A stretch of DNA of 64,000 nt from Alphaproteobacteria bacterium (GTDB lineage Bacteria; Pseudomonadota; Alphaproteobacteria; GCA-2731375): the NCBI GenBank assembly GCA_965232515.1, contig CBDDPY010000002.1:2976001-3040000 (forward strand). Reading direction: 5' to 3'. The notes under the pieces are model-generated. The model ran no database searches and was not told the DNA's origin. It saw only the letters and a list, made by a program, of their open reading frames with translations. The position numbers were made by a program, and so were the translations under genes. Shown here in pieces: positions 50,265-60,399 of the stretch; the first letter of the stretch is position 1, and every line of letters begins with the position of its first letter.

Positions 50265-52448
50265 ATGCTGTTCAGGCCCTGGGAAGTCGTCTGCTTCGCC
50301 GTCGGGCTGTCCCTGCTTTGCGCCGGCAGCGGCGCGTTCGGCCTTTGGCTCGGCCTGCAACCGGATATCCAGACGCTCGATCAGCGCACACAGTTGATCG
50401 AACGCCAGCTGACGGCGCGCGCGGCCAGCGCCGAAGCCGTGCTCACGTCGCTCGCCGGCGTGCTGCAGGCAAGCGACGAGCTCAGGCCCTTTGCGTTCCT
50501 CGACCTGTCCCGGCGTCTTCTCACCACCTATCCCTTCATCCGGGCCGCGTCCGAGATCGACGTGGTCGACGCCGAGGCGCGCACGGACTGGGAGAGCCGC
50601 ATGCGCGCCGAGGCTTTTCCGACGGTCGGCATCACCAGCCATGACGGCCCGCGCGCCATAGACGCATCCGGCGCGCCGGATCGGCTCTATCCGATCGGTT
50701 TCACCGAACCGCTGACGCCGGAAAACGCCCGGCTCATCGGCTTCGACATCGGCTCCCATCCGGGCATCCGCGACGCTCTTGAGCTGGCCGTCGACACCGA
50801 CTGGATCGCGGCGTCCGAGATTGTCAGCCTCGACGCGGCCAGCGACGGCTGGCTGATCCTGAGAGCGGTCTATCTCGGTCATGTTTCACCGGCGACCGCC
50901 GGCGGCCGTTGGAACCAGCTGTCCGGCCTCGTCGCCCTTCATATCGACAAGGACGGCTTCTTTCGCGATGTCGTCGAAGCCTATGACGATATCGAGATCG
51001 CGTTCCGCGACGTCCGCGGCGATGACATCGTTTATCGGCACGGCCGGCTCGCGCCGACGATCTGGCCGCGCCTGCCAGTTCTGACCGCCACCGACCGTCT
51101 CGCCGTCAACGGTCAGAACTTCGCCATCCGCACGCGCTTCCGGCCGGCATGGTCCGCGGCCAAGCTGGCCCTGCTCGCCGCATTTGCCGCTTTCCCGGTC
51201 GTGACCGGTTTCGCGGCGGCGGCGGCGAGCCGCAACCACCGCATCCGTATCCGGCAGTCGCGCGACGCCGCGCAGCGGATCGATGAGAGCAAGCAGCGGT
51301 TTCAGGACTATGCCGAGGTCGCATCGGACTGGTTCTGGTCCATGGATGCCGATCTCCGGTTCGACGACATCTCCGACGGCGCCAGCCGCGCCGGCCTCGA
51401 TACGAAAGACCTCATCGGCCGAACCCGGGCCGAGATCGCCGCCGGCGATCCCGACATGCAGGCCCAGATGACCGGGCATCTGGCCGATCTGGCGGCGCGC
51501 CGGAACTTCCGCGACTTCCGCTATTCGATCGATTACGACAACGGCCGCACCCGATGGTACTCGGTCAGCGGCAAGCCGGTTTACGACGCGAACGGCACGT
51601 TCGTCGGCTACCGCGGCACGGCGCGCGAGATCACCGCCGACGTCGAGGCGGAGGACGAGCTGCGCACCGCGAAGGAGCAAGCCGAGCTTGCCAACCGCAC
51701 GAAGTCGGAATTCCTCGCCTCCATGAGCCACGAGCTGCGGACGCCGCTGAACGCCATTCTCGGCTTTTCCGAGGTCATCCGGGACAATGCGCTGGAGACG
51801 TCGGACATGGACGCCTACCGCGCCTACGCCGGCGACATCCACGATTGCGGCCAGCACCTGCTCGGCCTGATCAACGACATTCTCGACCTCGCCAAGATCG
51901 AGTCCGGCAAGGACGAGCTCGACGAATGCGACATTGCCGTGCCGGACGTGATCGAGGCCGTGCGCACGCTGGTGCAGTCGCGCGCCGATACCGGTCAGGT
52001 CGCGCTCGAGATCGAGGTCGAGCGCAACCTGCCGCGCCTCCTGGCCGACGAACGGAAGCTGAAGCAGATCCTGGTGAACCTGCTGACCAACGCCATCAAG
52101 TTCACCGAGCCCGGCGGCTCGGTCACGCTGCGTGCCTGGTGCCGACCCGACAGCGGCTTCGTGTTCCAGGTCGTCGATACCGGCATCGGCATGGCGCCCG
52201 AGGACATCCCGACGGCGCTCTCGCAGTTCGCCCAGATCGACAGCGGTCTCGACCGCAAATACGAAGGCACCGGCCTCGGCCTGCCGCTGACCAAGGCGCT
52301 GGTCGAACAGCACGGCGGCAGCTTCGAGCTCTACAGCCGGATCGGCATCGGCACCACCGCGACCGTAAGACTGCCGTCGTTTCGCATCGCCGCCGCCGAA
52401 CGTCCCAGAACGCTTTTGACGGTCGGCGGCGATCGCCGGACAAGCTGA
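50265..52448 (+). CDS. CHASE-PAS sensor histidine kinase (PleC/DivJ-like kinase core)
   Basis: EPL..NARLIGFDI CHASE, SDWFWSMD PAS, MSHELRTPLNAILGFSE, NAIKFT, DTGIG, GTGLGL. Confidence 0.9.
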   Translation: MLFRPWEVVCFAVGLSLLCAGSGAFGLWLGLQPDIQTLDQRTQLIERQLTARAASAEAVLTSLAGVLQASDELRPFAFLDLSRRLLTTYPFIRAASEIDVVDAEARTDWESRMRAEAFPTVGITSHDGPRAIDASGAPDRLYPIGFTEPLTPENARLIGFDIGSHPGIRDALELAVDTDWIAASEIVSLDAASDGWLILRAVYLGHVSPATAGGRWNQLSGLVALHIDKDGFFRDVVEAYDDIEIAFRDVRGDDIVYRHGRLAPTIWPRLPVLTATDRLAVNGQNFAIRTRFRPAWSAAKLALLAAFAAFPVVTGFAAAAASRNHRIRIRQSRDAAQRIDESKQRFQDYAEVASDWFWSMDADLRFDDISDGASRAGLDTKDLIGRTRAEIAAGDPDMQAQMTGHLADLAARRNFRDFRYSIDYDNGRTRWYSVSGKPVYDANGTFVGYRGTAREITADVEAEDELRTAKEQAELANRTKSEFLASMSHELRTPLNAILGFSEVIRDNALETSDMDAYRAYAGDIHDCGQHLLGLINDILDLAKIESGKDELDECDIAVPDVIEAVRTLVQSRADTGQVALEIEVERNLPRLLADERKLKQILVNLLTNAIKFTEPGGSVTLRAWCRPDSGFVFQVVDTGIGMAPEDIPTALSQFAQIDSGLDRKYEGTGLGLPLTKALVEQHGGSFELYSRIGIGTTATVRLPSFRIAAAERPRTLLTVGGDRRTS

Positions 52449-52513
52449 TCCGAGTTCACGCCGCTCGCCCCAACTGCGCACCCAGGCGCTGCGTCATGGA
52501 ACCGGATATCTGT

Positions 52514-53248
52514 TCAGATCAAACAGACCTGCCGCAAGCGCTGCCGGCTGGCCTCGTCGAGACCGACCCGGTCGGCGAGATAGGCATCGACGGTGCCGAA
52601 ATTGGTCTCGATCGTCTCGAACGCCGCCGCCAGGTACTCGACCTCGGCCGAGAAGATCGCCGCAATGGTGTCGTCGTCCATGCCGGGCGGCTCGCGGCCG
52701 CCGCGGTCCCAGTAGGTATTGGTCAGCAGATAGTCCTCGAACACCGTTTCGCGCGGCACGCCGAGCGCCGTCAGCACCATGGCGGCGGCCGTTCCCGCGC
52801 GGTCCTTGCCGGCGGTGCAATGAATGATCAGCTGCTCGCCGGCGAGCAGGCGCTCGAAGATGGCGCGATAGGCTCCAGCATAGAGAAACGGATATTCACG
52901 GTAGTTTTCGAGCAGATATGTGCGCGCCGTTTCACGCGGGTCGGTCGACAGCTCGAACGAATCGAGGAACGACGTCCCCGGCCGCCGTTCCAGGCCAAGC
53001 GCCAGCACTTCGACCCTGTCGTGGTCCAGAAAACGGGACGGCTCGTTCGCCCGTTCCTCGGTGTATCGCAGATCGCAGGCCGTGGTGACGCCCAGGCCGC
53101 AAACCGTCTCGACATCGTTGTCTGTGAGTGAGGCAAGCGTGTCCGAGCGGAAAATCGTCCGCCATTTGACGCTGCGGCCGTCAGCCGTCTCATAGCCCCC
53201 GAGGTCGCGGAAGTTCGAGACCCCTTCCAATTCGATAAGCCGGTTCAT
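52514..53248 (-). CDS. Tyrosine-protein phosphatase (Y_phosphatase3-type)
   Basis: NFRDLGGY, DLR, HCTAGKDRAG, EDYLLTN. Confidence 0.93.
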   Translation of the reverse strand: MNRLIELEGVSNFRDLGGYETADGRSVKWRTIFRSDTLASLTDNDVETVCGLGVTTACDLRYTEERANEPSRFLDHDRVEVLALGLERRPGTSFLDSFELSTDPRETARTYLLENYREYPFLYAGAYRAIFERLLAGEQLIIHCTAGKDRAGTAAAMVLTALGVPRETVFEDYLLTNTYWDRGGREPPGMDDDTIAAIFSAEVEYLAAAFETIETNFGTVDAYLADRVGLDEASRQRLRQVCLI

Positions 53249-53337
53249 CGCGATCCGTAATCCGTTCAGCGCGCGCACATTGCGTCGCCATTGTTACGAT
53301 ATCGCGACCGTCCGCAATGCCGGATTTGACCGCGGCC

Positions 53338-53745
53338 TCAACCGACACCCGGCAATGGCTGCACCTTAAACAAAGGGTAGAACCGGCGCACGACCCAGCC
53401 GTCGTCAACTCGCTCCAGCAGGACCTGATACGTGCCGAGCCGCTGGCGCTTGAAGCCGATGACGTCGGGCGGCCGCTCACCGTAATCAAACAGCACGGCG
53501 ACGTCGGCATACCAGCGCGTCGGCGTCAGCGGATCCAACGCCAGCAGCTCCAGCCCTTTCAATTCAGCGCTGCGCTGGCGCGGCTCGGCCCATGGGCCCC
53601 GCCGATCCTCGGCCAGCGACCGCCGCAGCGAATCCTCGATCTCGGACGCGGACGGCGGCGCCGGCCCGCCCGCCGGCACCACCGGCACAGCCTGGCAGGC
53701 CAACAACATTGTTCCGGCGGCAAGGCCGACAAGCAATTGGCGCAT
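53338..53745 (-). CDS. Hypothetical lipoprotein
   Basis: MRQLLVGLAAGTMLLAC lipobox; SD-like GGAG upstream. Confidence 0.6.
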   Translation of the reverse strand: MRQLLVGLAAGTMLLACQAVPVVPAGGPAPPSASEIEDSLRRSLAEDRRGPWAEPRQRSAELKGLELLALDPLTPTRWYADVAVLFDYGERPPDVIGFKRQRLGTYQVLLERVDDGWVVRRFYPLFKVQPLPGVG

Positions 53746-53807
53746 ATCCCTCAAGCTCCCTTCCGTTGCCATATACGCCGCAGAACTGGATTCGTTTCCG
53801 GACTATT

Positions 53808-54476
53808 CTACTCTTGTCTGAACGCCGCGCCATCGAATGTCTCGCGCACGGCGATATCCTCGACCGGACGGCGTTTCAGCTTGGTCAGCTGCTTCACCGG
53901 CTTGCCGAGCGGCACCACGGCGCAGACCGCGAAATCCTCGGGAATGTTCAACAACGCGCGCACCTCAGGTTCCTGGGCCACGGCGAGCGTCGTGATCGTG
54001 CCGCCATAGCCTTCCTGCCGCGCCGCCATCAGCACGTTCCAGACGAAGGGAAAGATCGAGCCGCCGCTGATCACGCCGACCCGGTCCAGGTCCCGGTCGA
54101 TCGACGCCACCACTTTCAGGTCCACGACGAACACCAGCACCACCGATGCATTGCGGCAGGGCTCGACCAGCGCCGGATGCGGCACCGTCGCTTCGGCTTC
54201 GGCCGCGGTGATCTTGCTCGGCACGACGGTGTTGAACGGGCTTTCGCCCGCCTTCACCTGGGCCGTATAGAGCTTGGCCGCCGGCTCGCCCAGCGCCGCC
54301 AAGCGGTCGCGGGTGGCGGCGTCGCGCACGACGATCACCCGGTTGCCCTGCCGGTTGCCGCCCGACGGCGCGAACCGCGCGTTCTCCAGAATGTCGTACA
54401 GCACCGCGTCGGGCAGTTCCTCGCCGGTATAGTCCCGCGCCGCGAACGTCGTTCGCATCACCTCGTACAGCTCCAT
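53808..54476 (-). CDS. Nitroreductase-family protein
   Basis: ARFAPSGGNRQ, N.LMAAR.EG.G, VPLGKP; GGGAGG SD. Confidence 0.9.
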   Translation of the reverse strand: MELYEVMRTTFAARDYTGEELPDAVLYDILENARFAPSGGNRQGNRVIVVRDAATRDRLAALGEPAAKLYTAQVKAGESPFNTVVPSKITAAEAEATVPHPALVEPCRNASVVLVFVVDLKVVASIDRDLDRVGVISGGSIFPFVWNVLMAARQEGYGGTITTLAVAQEPEVRALLNIPEDFAVCAVVPLGKPVKQLTKLKRRPVEDIAVRETFDGAAFRQE

Positions 54477-54636
54477 CGGTCCTCCCTTTCGTCTGCTACC
54501 GCGAGCTTCGGCGACGAGTGGCGGTACCGTCAAGCGAACGGGTGTCGCGGCCCGGCGCCGGATCCGCAAGCGCCGGCGCGCGGATCGCCGCAAAACAAAA
54601 CTTCAACCAGAATGCCGGCATCAGACAGAACGGCAC

Positions 54637-55257
54637 TCAGTCCGCTTTTCCCCAGGGAAGATAGAAATCGTGTGACTCGAACGACTTAAAGAAATAATCG
54701 ATGTTCGCGCGATTAATCTCTGCCATTCCAGTCGCCGCCAAGGTGAATACCTTTATGTTCGTGAGGTCGAACCCGAGTTCGAGGAACTTCGTTCTCAGTT
54801 GGCCGATCGACTCTCCAGAAAACGTCTTGTCATCCACAATAAGTAGGCGCAATTCTGAAACGTCGCCAATCTCATCCATATGGGGGATATACATCTTCCA
54901 CCGACTCGACTCGATGTGCGGCCATTTAGTGAAAAAATCGATATTGCAGTTGGTATTGGCAAACAGACAAATCCCGACAATGACTGGAATCTTTTTTTCG
55001 AACTTCAGCGCAAGCAGTTCACCAAGAATTCCACCCTTGGAGTCCGGTGAAAATATGACATCCGGAACATAGCTATCTCGCTTCATTTTCTCAGATATGG
55101 AGTCGATCGCTAACAATGTGTCATCCCAGCTTATCGTCTTCGATTCCTTCTTGAGACGAACGTTGTCCCGATACGCAACTATGCCCAAAAGAAATGATAC
55201 GATCGTAATTGCTGTACCCACAATCCCGACCGACAGTGAGATAAGATCGGCGTCCAT
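54637..55257 (-). CDS. Type I phosphoribosyltransferase with an N-terminal TM anchor (AT-rich gene)
   Basis: ISWDD, SKGG, LLIVDDKTFSGES PRPP loop, DYF...YLPW C-terminus. Confidence 0.75.
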   Translation of the reverse strand: MDADLISLSVGIVGTAITIVSFLLGIVAYRDNVRLKKESKTISWDDTLLAIDSISEKMKRDSYVPDVIFSPDSKGGILGELLALKFEKKIPVIVGICLFANTNCNIDFFTKWPHIESSRWKMYIPHMDEIGDVSELRLLIVDDKTFSGESIGQLRTKFLELGFDLTNIKVFTLAATGMAEINRANIDYFFKSFESHDFYLPWGKAD

Positions 55258-55490
55258 TCTGACCTCGCATTTGTTTCAGCAGAACTTGTGTAATCAGAAA
55301 TGCCGTCGCTAGGGCGGGTGTTCGAACCGATTCCCGTCCCATTGTACTGCCGCCGTTAAGCCCCGCGAATTCCCGCGGTCGCTCACATGATCGCAGCCGG
55401 TCTCCCAGACACGATCAATTCGGTCTACTCCGCCGTACTCCGGCGCTAGATTACCCGCAGGGGATCGGCGAACGGGGCGGGTTTGCGAGC

Positions 55491-56837
55491 ATGACGACAG
55501 CGACGGAAGTAATCTCGGGCGGCCGCGGCAGCAGGCTCGAGGCCGCGTTCACGCGCGCCGAGCACGACGGCCTGCGGCTGGTGGTGCGCGTACGCATGGC
55601 GGTGGTCATCACCGTAGCGATCTGGATCCTGGTCTCCAATCCCTGGTTCCTGTCAGCCTACTACCTGCCGCTGGTGGGGCTGTTCGGCCTGATCGGTCTC
55701 GGCCTCTACGGGCTCAACAACACGCGGTTCTACGCGCCCTGGATGCGCTACGCCGCGGTGCTGCTAGACGCCTGCCTGATCGCCTACACGCTGCTGGTGC
55801 CGCCACTCACTGACGTCGACCCATGGCCGCCGCAGATGGCCTTCCGCTTCGGCAACTTCGCTTATCTTTTCCTGCTGCTGAGCAGTCTCTCACTGACCTA
55901 TTCGCCGCGCCTCGTGGTCTGGGGCGGCCTGACACTGGCCGCGGCCTGGGGCGCTGGCACCGTCTACGCCATGAACCTGCCGGACTCACTGCCGCAGCTT
56001 GGCACCGACGAATTCGTCGCCTTGTCGGGGCCCGAGCAGCTCGCCTATTTTCTGCAGCCGAATTTCGTGCCGCTGACGCCGCGCCTGACCGAGATCATCG
56101 TCCTGCTTCTGGTCACCGGCACGCTCGCTGCCGGCGTCTGGCGGGCCCGCCGGCTGGTCGAGAACCAGGCACTGGCCGAACGCGAGCGCACCAACCTCGC
56201 GCGTTACTTCGCGCCCAACATCGTCGACGAGCTGGCCCGTTCGGACGAGCCACTGGGCGCCGTGCGACAGCAGGACGTCGCCGTGCTGTTCGTCGATATC
56301 GTCGGCTTCACGCGGCTGGCCGAGGACATGACCGCCGACGAGGTCATCGTCCTGCTGCGCGACTTCCACGGCCGCATGGAGCGCTGCGTCTTCGATCACG
56401 GCGGCACGCTCGACAAGTATCTCGGCGACGGCGTCATGGCGACCTTCGGCACGCCGCGCACCGGACCGCGGGATGCCGCCAACGCCATCGCCTGCGGCAA
56501 GGCCATGCTGGCCGAGATCGCCGATTGGAACGCCGCGCGCGACGCCCATGGCCGCTCGCCGATCCACATCGGCGTCGGCGTGCACTACGGCCCGGTCGTG
56601 TTGGGCGATATCGGCAGCGCCCGGCGCCTCGAATTCGCCGTCGTCGGCGACACCGTCAACGTGGCGAGCCGGCTGGAGGCGCTGACCCGCGACCTCGCGG
56701 TCGAGATGATCGTCAGCGAGGATGCCGCGACGTCGGCCGCCGGCAGCGATGTCGCGGCCGATCTCACCGCCGCCGACCCGCAACCGCTGCGCGGCCGCGC
56801 CGCGCCGCTCGCCATCCGCACCTGGCGGACCATATGA
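55491..56837 (+). CDS. Membrane-bound class III adenylate/guanylate cyclase
   Basis: TM N-terminus, FVDIVGFT, DKYLGDGVMA, GDTVNVASRLE. Confidence 0.93.
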   Translation: MTTATEVISGGRGSRLEAAFTRAEHDGLRLVVRVRMAVVITVAIWILVSNPWFLSAYYLPLVGLFGLIGLGLYGLNNTRFYAPWMRYAAVLLDACLIAYTLLVPPLTDVDPWPPQMAFRFGNFAYLFLLLSSLSLTYSPRLVVWGGLTLAAAWGAGTVYAMNLPDSLPQLGTDEFVALSGPEQLAYFLQPNFVPLTPRLTEIIVLLLVTGTLAAGVWRARRLVENQALAERERTNLARYFAPNIVDELARSDEPLGAVRQQDVAVLFVDIVGFTRLAEDMTADEVIVLLRDFHGRMERCVFDHGGTLDKYLGDGVMATFGTPRTGPRDAANAIACGKAMLAEIADWNAARDAHGRSPIHIGVGVHYGPVVLGDIGSARRLEFAVVGDTVNVASRLEALTRDLAVEMIVSEDAATSAAGSDVAADLTAADPQPLRGRAAPLAIRTWRTI

Positions 56838-56999
56838 CCTCACGACGGCATCAAATCTGGGTTACCCGCCGCCTGTAACCTCCGGCGCGCCGATCGCGTC
56901 ACCTATATGCCAGACGGGCGTGCCGTCGCGGACCGTATGGTCCGCCAGCGCGCTCATTCGTTAATTCTTATGCGCAACGACATGTGATAGGGGCAGGCC

Positions 57000-59012
57000 A
57001 TGGCAAGCGAGCAACAGACACCCACGGCGGACGAGACGGCGCAATTCAACTCGGAGGTCGACAGCGACGAGATCGCCCGGGCGATCCGCGAGAATGTCGA
57101 GATAAAGGACCGCCGGTTCCGGATGCAGACCTACGAGAAATGCTTCGTCGGCACGGAAGCCTGCGACTGGATGGTGTCGTCCGGCTTGGCGAGCGACTAC
57201 GCGCAGGCCGTCCTGATCGGCAACATGCTGCTCGGCACGGGCGTCTTCCACCACGTGCTGAAAGAGCACGACTTCAAGAACGAGGGCCTGTTTTATCGCT
57301 TCGCAGAGGACGAGGGCCGCGGCGCCGTGAAGCAGAAGGCGGGCGGCGGCGCCGTCTCCTGGTTCGACTTCGTCAATCCCGGCTGGGATCTCGCCGGCGA
57401 CGGCGACAGCAAGCTGTCGAAGATCCCGACCTATCACGACGACCTCGCCGGCATGCAGCGGGTCGAGAGCTGGGGCGTCGAGCCGCTGGACGCGCATAAC
57501 GCAAAGCTGCTCGACAACGTGCATCCCCGCGAATGGCAGGACCCCAAGCCCAAGCGCAACTACAACATGGTCGTCGTCGGCGCCGGCACCGGCGGTCTGG
57601 TGACGGCCGTGGCCGCGGCCGGCCTCGGCGGCGAGGTGGCGCTGATCGAAGAACATCTCATGGGCGGCGACTGCCTGAACGTCGGCTGCGTGCCGTCAAA
57701 GGCGTTGATCAGCGCCGCCAAGGCCGCCGCGCATGTGCGCGAGGCCGCTGCCATGGGCGTGCATATCGAGGGCATCGATCCGGACGAGCTGGCCGACAAG
57801 GTCCGTGTCGATTTCGGCCAGGTCATGGAACGGCTGCGCCGCATCCGGGCACAGATCTCCGGCCACGATTCCGCCAAGCGCTTCACCGACCTCGGCGTTG
57901 ATGTCTATGTCGGCCGGGGCGTCTTCACGGGCGAGAACACGGTCGAGGTCAACGGCGAGACGCTGCACTTCGCCAAGGCCTGCATCGCCACCGGCGGCAC
58001 GCCGGCGATCCCGCCGATCCCGGGTCTCGCCGAGGCGCCGTTCCACACCAACATGAACATCTTCAACCTGACCGAGCTGCCGCCGCGGCTCGGCGTCATG
58101 GGCACCGGCGCCATCGGCATCGAGCTGGCGCAGTCGTTCCAGCGCTTCGGCGCCGACGTCACGGTGATGGCGCGCTCCGGCCGCATCCTGCCGAAGGAAG
58201 ACGCGGATGCCGCCGAGATCGTCGCCAAGTCGTTGGCGCACGACGGCGTCGAGATCCTCTACAACTGCAAATACAAGGAGGTCCGGCACAAGCCGGCCGG
58301 GAACGGCAACCCCTGGCCGACCATCACGGTTGTTCTCGAGGATCGCGAGATCGAGCTCGACGCCCTGCTGATCGCCACCGGCCGCAAACCCAACGTCGAG
58401 GGCCTGAACCTGGAAGCCGCGGGCGTGCGCTACGACCCGGCCAAGGGCGTCGAGGTCGACGACCGGCTGCAGACGTCGAACGGCAACATCTTCGCCGTCG
58501 GCGACGTCGCCACGAAATACCAGTTCACGCATGCCGCCGACTTCATGGCGCGCCTGGTGGTGCGTAACGCGCTGTTCTTCGGCCGCGACAAGTTCAGCAA
58601 TCTGTTGATTCCCTGGGCCACCTACACCGATCCCGAGATCGCCCATGTCGGCCTTTACGAGCACGACCTCGTCGAGCGCGGCATCAAGTTCAAGACCTTT
58701 ACCCGGCCGTTCGCCGAGGTCGACCGCGCCATCGTCGAGGGCGTGACCGACGGCTTCGTGCGCATTCACGTCAAGGAAGGCTCGGACGAGATCCTCGGCG
58801 CCTCGATCGTGCATCCGCATGCCGGCGACATGATCAGCGAGATCACGCTCGCCATGCAGAGCAAGACCGGCCTCGGCAGCCTCGCCAACGTCATCCACCC
58901 CTACCCGACCTCGGCCGAGGCGATCCGCCAGACCGGCGACCTCTACAACCGCACCCGCCTCACGGCCACGGTCAAGGGCATCTTCCGCAGGTTGCTGGCG
59001 ATCAAGCGGTAG
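57000..59012 (+). CDS. DEP domain fused to a MerA/LpdA-like flavoprotein disulfide reductase
   Basis: IKDRRFRMQTYEKCFVGTEACDWM...HHV..EHDF..EGLFYRF; GAGTGG, GGDCLNVGCVPSK, HPYPTSAE. Confidence 0.88.
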   Translation: MASEQQTPTADETAQFNSEVDSDEIARAIRENVEIKDRRFRMQTYEKCFVGTEACDWMVSSGLASDYAQAVLIGNMLLGTGVFHHVLKEHDFKNEGLFYRFAEDEGRGAVKQKAGGGAVSWFDFVNPGWDLAGDGDSKLSKIPTYHDDLAGMQRVESWGVEPLDAHNAKLLDNVHPREWQDPKPKRNYNMVVVGAGTGGLVTAVAAAGLGGEVALIEEHLMGGDCLNVGCVPSKALISAAKAAAHVREAAAMGVHIEGIDPDELADKVRVDFGQVMERLRRIRAQISGHDSAKRFTDLGVDVYVGRGVFTGENTVEVNGETLHFAKACIATGGTPAIPPIPGLAEAPFHTNMNIFNLTELPPRLGVMGTGAIGIELAQSFQRFGADVTVMARSGRILPKEDADAAEIVAKSLAHDGVEILYNCKYKEVRHKPAGNGNPWPTITVVLEDREIELDALLIATGRKPNVEGLNLEAAGVRYDPAKGVEVDDRLQTSNGNIFAVGDVATKYQFTHAADFMARLVVRNALFFGRDKFSNLLIPWATYTDPEIAHVGLYEHDLVERGIKFKTFTRPFAEVDRAIVEGVTDGFVRIHVKEGSDEILGASIVHPHAGDMISEITLAMQSKTGLGSLANVIHPYPTSAEAIRQTGDLYNRTRLTATVKGIFRRLLAIKR

Positions 59013-59022
59013 GGATTGGCGA

Positions 59023-60399
59023 TCAGTCCGTCTCGAACAACCGCCTGAAAAAGGCATTGTAGAAGCGGTCCGTGGGGTCCAAGCGCCGTCGCAGGACGCC
59101 GAAGCTGGCAATCTCAGGGCCGAAGGCGGCCTGCGCCTGATCGCGGGTCAGGTTCGGGCTCTGATTGAACAACGGCTTGCCGCCATGCGCGATGCAGAAC
59201 CGGTTGTAGGCGGTGATGAAGCGGTGCCAGCCCGTCGCGCCGGTCGAGACCGGGTCCAGCGTCAGCGCCGGACCGTTCCGCGTGTAGGAGAACAGCGACT
59301 GCCGGTCCTGGGCGATGTAGTAGCCGACGTTCATCAAATCGCAGCGATAGCCGTGGTCGCGAAAATAGTCCCGGCAGAACGCATAGTAGGCGCGGATCGC
59401 GGCGCCGTAGCCGTCCCGCGGAAAGGCCCAGATGCTGAAAGTGTAGGACGCATAGCCGGCCGTCTCGGCATAACGGATGATCTGGTCGGCCGGGCTGGTG
59501 TCGTCGGCCGTAATCAGCTTCACCATCACCAGCTGCGTCAGCCGGTTCACGGCGTCGATGATCCATGACCGGAGCTGCCGGAACGGCACGAACCGCGTTA
59601 CCGTCTTGGCGAAGCCCGGCCAGAGCGTCGACCAGGTCGTGTTCCTGAGCCGCCATTGCCAGCTGTTCGATCGGATCGGACCCGTGCCCTCCGACCGGTA
59701 TTCGACGACGACACTGTCCAGGAATGGAAACAGGTACAGCATCATCGACCGGTTTTCGGCCAGCAGGTCGTCGAGGCGGGCGACGAAATCGTCGAGGTCG
59801 TAGCGCACATGCTCGACCGCCATGGGCTGGATCTCCTTCACCCGGAAGGTCACCTCGACGACGATGCCCAGCATGCCGTAGCTCGACCGCATGGCCGCCA
59901 GCAGATCCGGCTCGGCCTCGGTGATCTCGCGCAGGCTGCCGTCCGCCTGCACCACCGTCATGGCGATTACGTAGGACGCGACCTGGCCGTATTCCCAGCC
60001 CTCGGCGGCGGAATGGAAGGAGGCGTCCTTGGTGCCGCCGCAGGCGCCGCTGCCCACGGTCAGATTGCCGATCTCGCAATTGACGTAGAACTGCAGGCCG
60101 TGCCGTTCGAGCTCGCGGGCCGCGTCGATGTGCAGCACGCCGGCCTGCATGGTGATGGTCCGCGCGTCCGTGTCGACGTCCAGGATCCGGTTCATCCGCG
60201 TCATGTCGATCACCGTGCCGCCCTCGGCGACGACGCAGCGCGTGGTCGAATGGTGCGAACCCTTGGCGCGCACTGGCGACGGATAGCGATCGTTGTCGAT
60301 CACGACCCGCACGATGTCGTCGATCGTCTCAACCAGCTCGACCGAGTTGGCGCGATAGCCGATCGCGCCGGTCCAATTCCGGATGTCAACGCCTGCCAT
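59023..60399 (-). CDS. FAD-binding oxidoreductase (aldonolactone oxidase/VAO-like)
   Basis: NWTG, PVRAKGSHHS, GMLGIVVEVT, RRLDP..RF.N. Confidence 0.85.
   Translation of the reverse strand: MAGVDIRNWTGAIGYRANSVELVETIDDIVRVVIDNDRYPSPVRAKGSHHSTTRCVVAEGGTVIDMTRMNRILDVDTDARTITMQAGVLHIDAARELERHGLQFYVNCEIGNLTVGSGACGGTKDASFHSAAEGWEYGQVASYVIAMTVVQADGSLREITEAEPDLLAAMRSSYGMLGIVVEVTFRVKEIQPMAVEHVRYDLDDFVARLDDLLAENRSMMLYLFPFLDSVVVEYRSEGTGPIRSNSWQWRLRNTTWSTLWPGFAKTVTRFVPFRQLRSWIIDAVNRLTQLVMVKLITADDTSPADQIIRYAETAGYASYTFSIWAFPRDGYGAAIRAYYAFCRDYFRDHGYRCDLMNVGYYIAQDRQSLFSYTRNGPALTLDPVSTGATGWHRFITAYNRFCIAHGGKPLFNQSPNLTRDQAQAAFGPEIASFGVLRRRLDPTDRFYNAFFRRLFETD

Noticed and set aside
57000-59012. Mercury resistance (merA)
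   Set aside because: No C-terminal Cys-Cys pair, no NmerA domain and no mer operon nearby.
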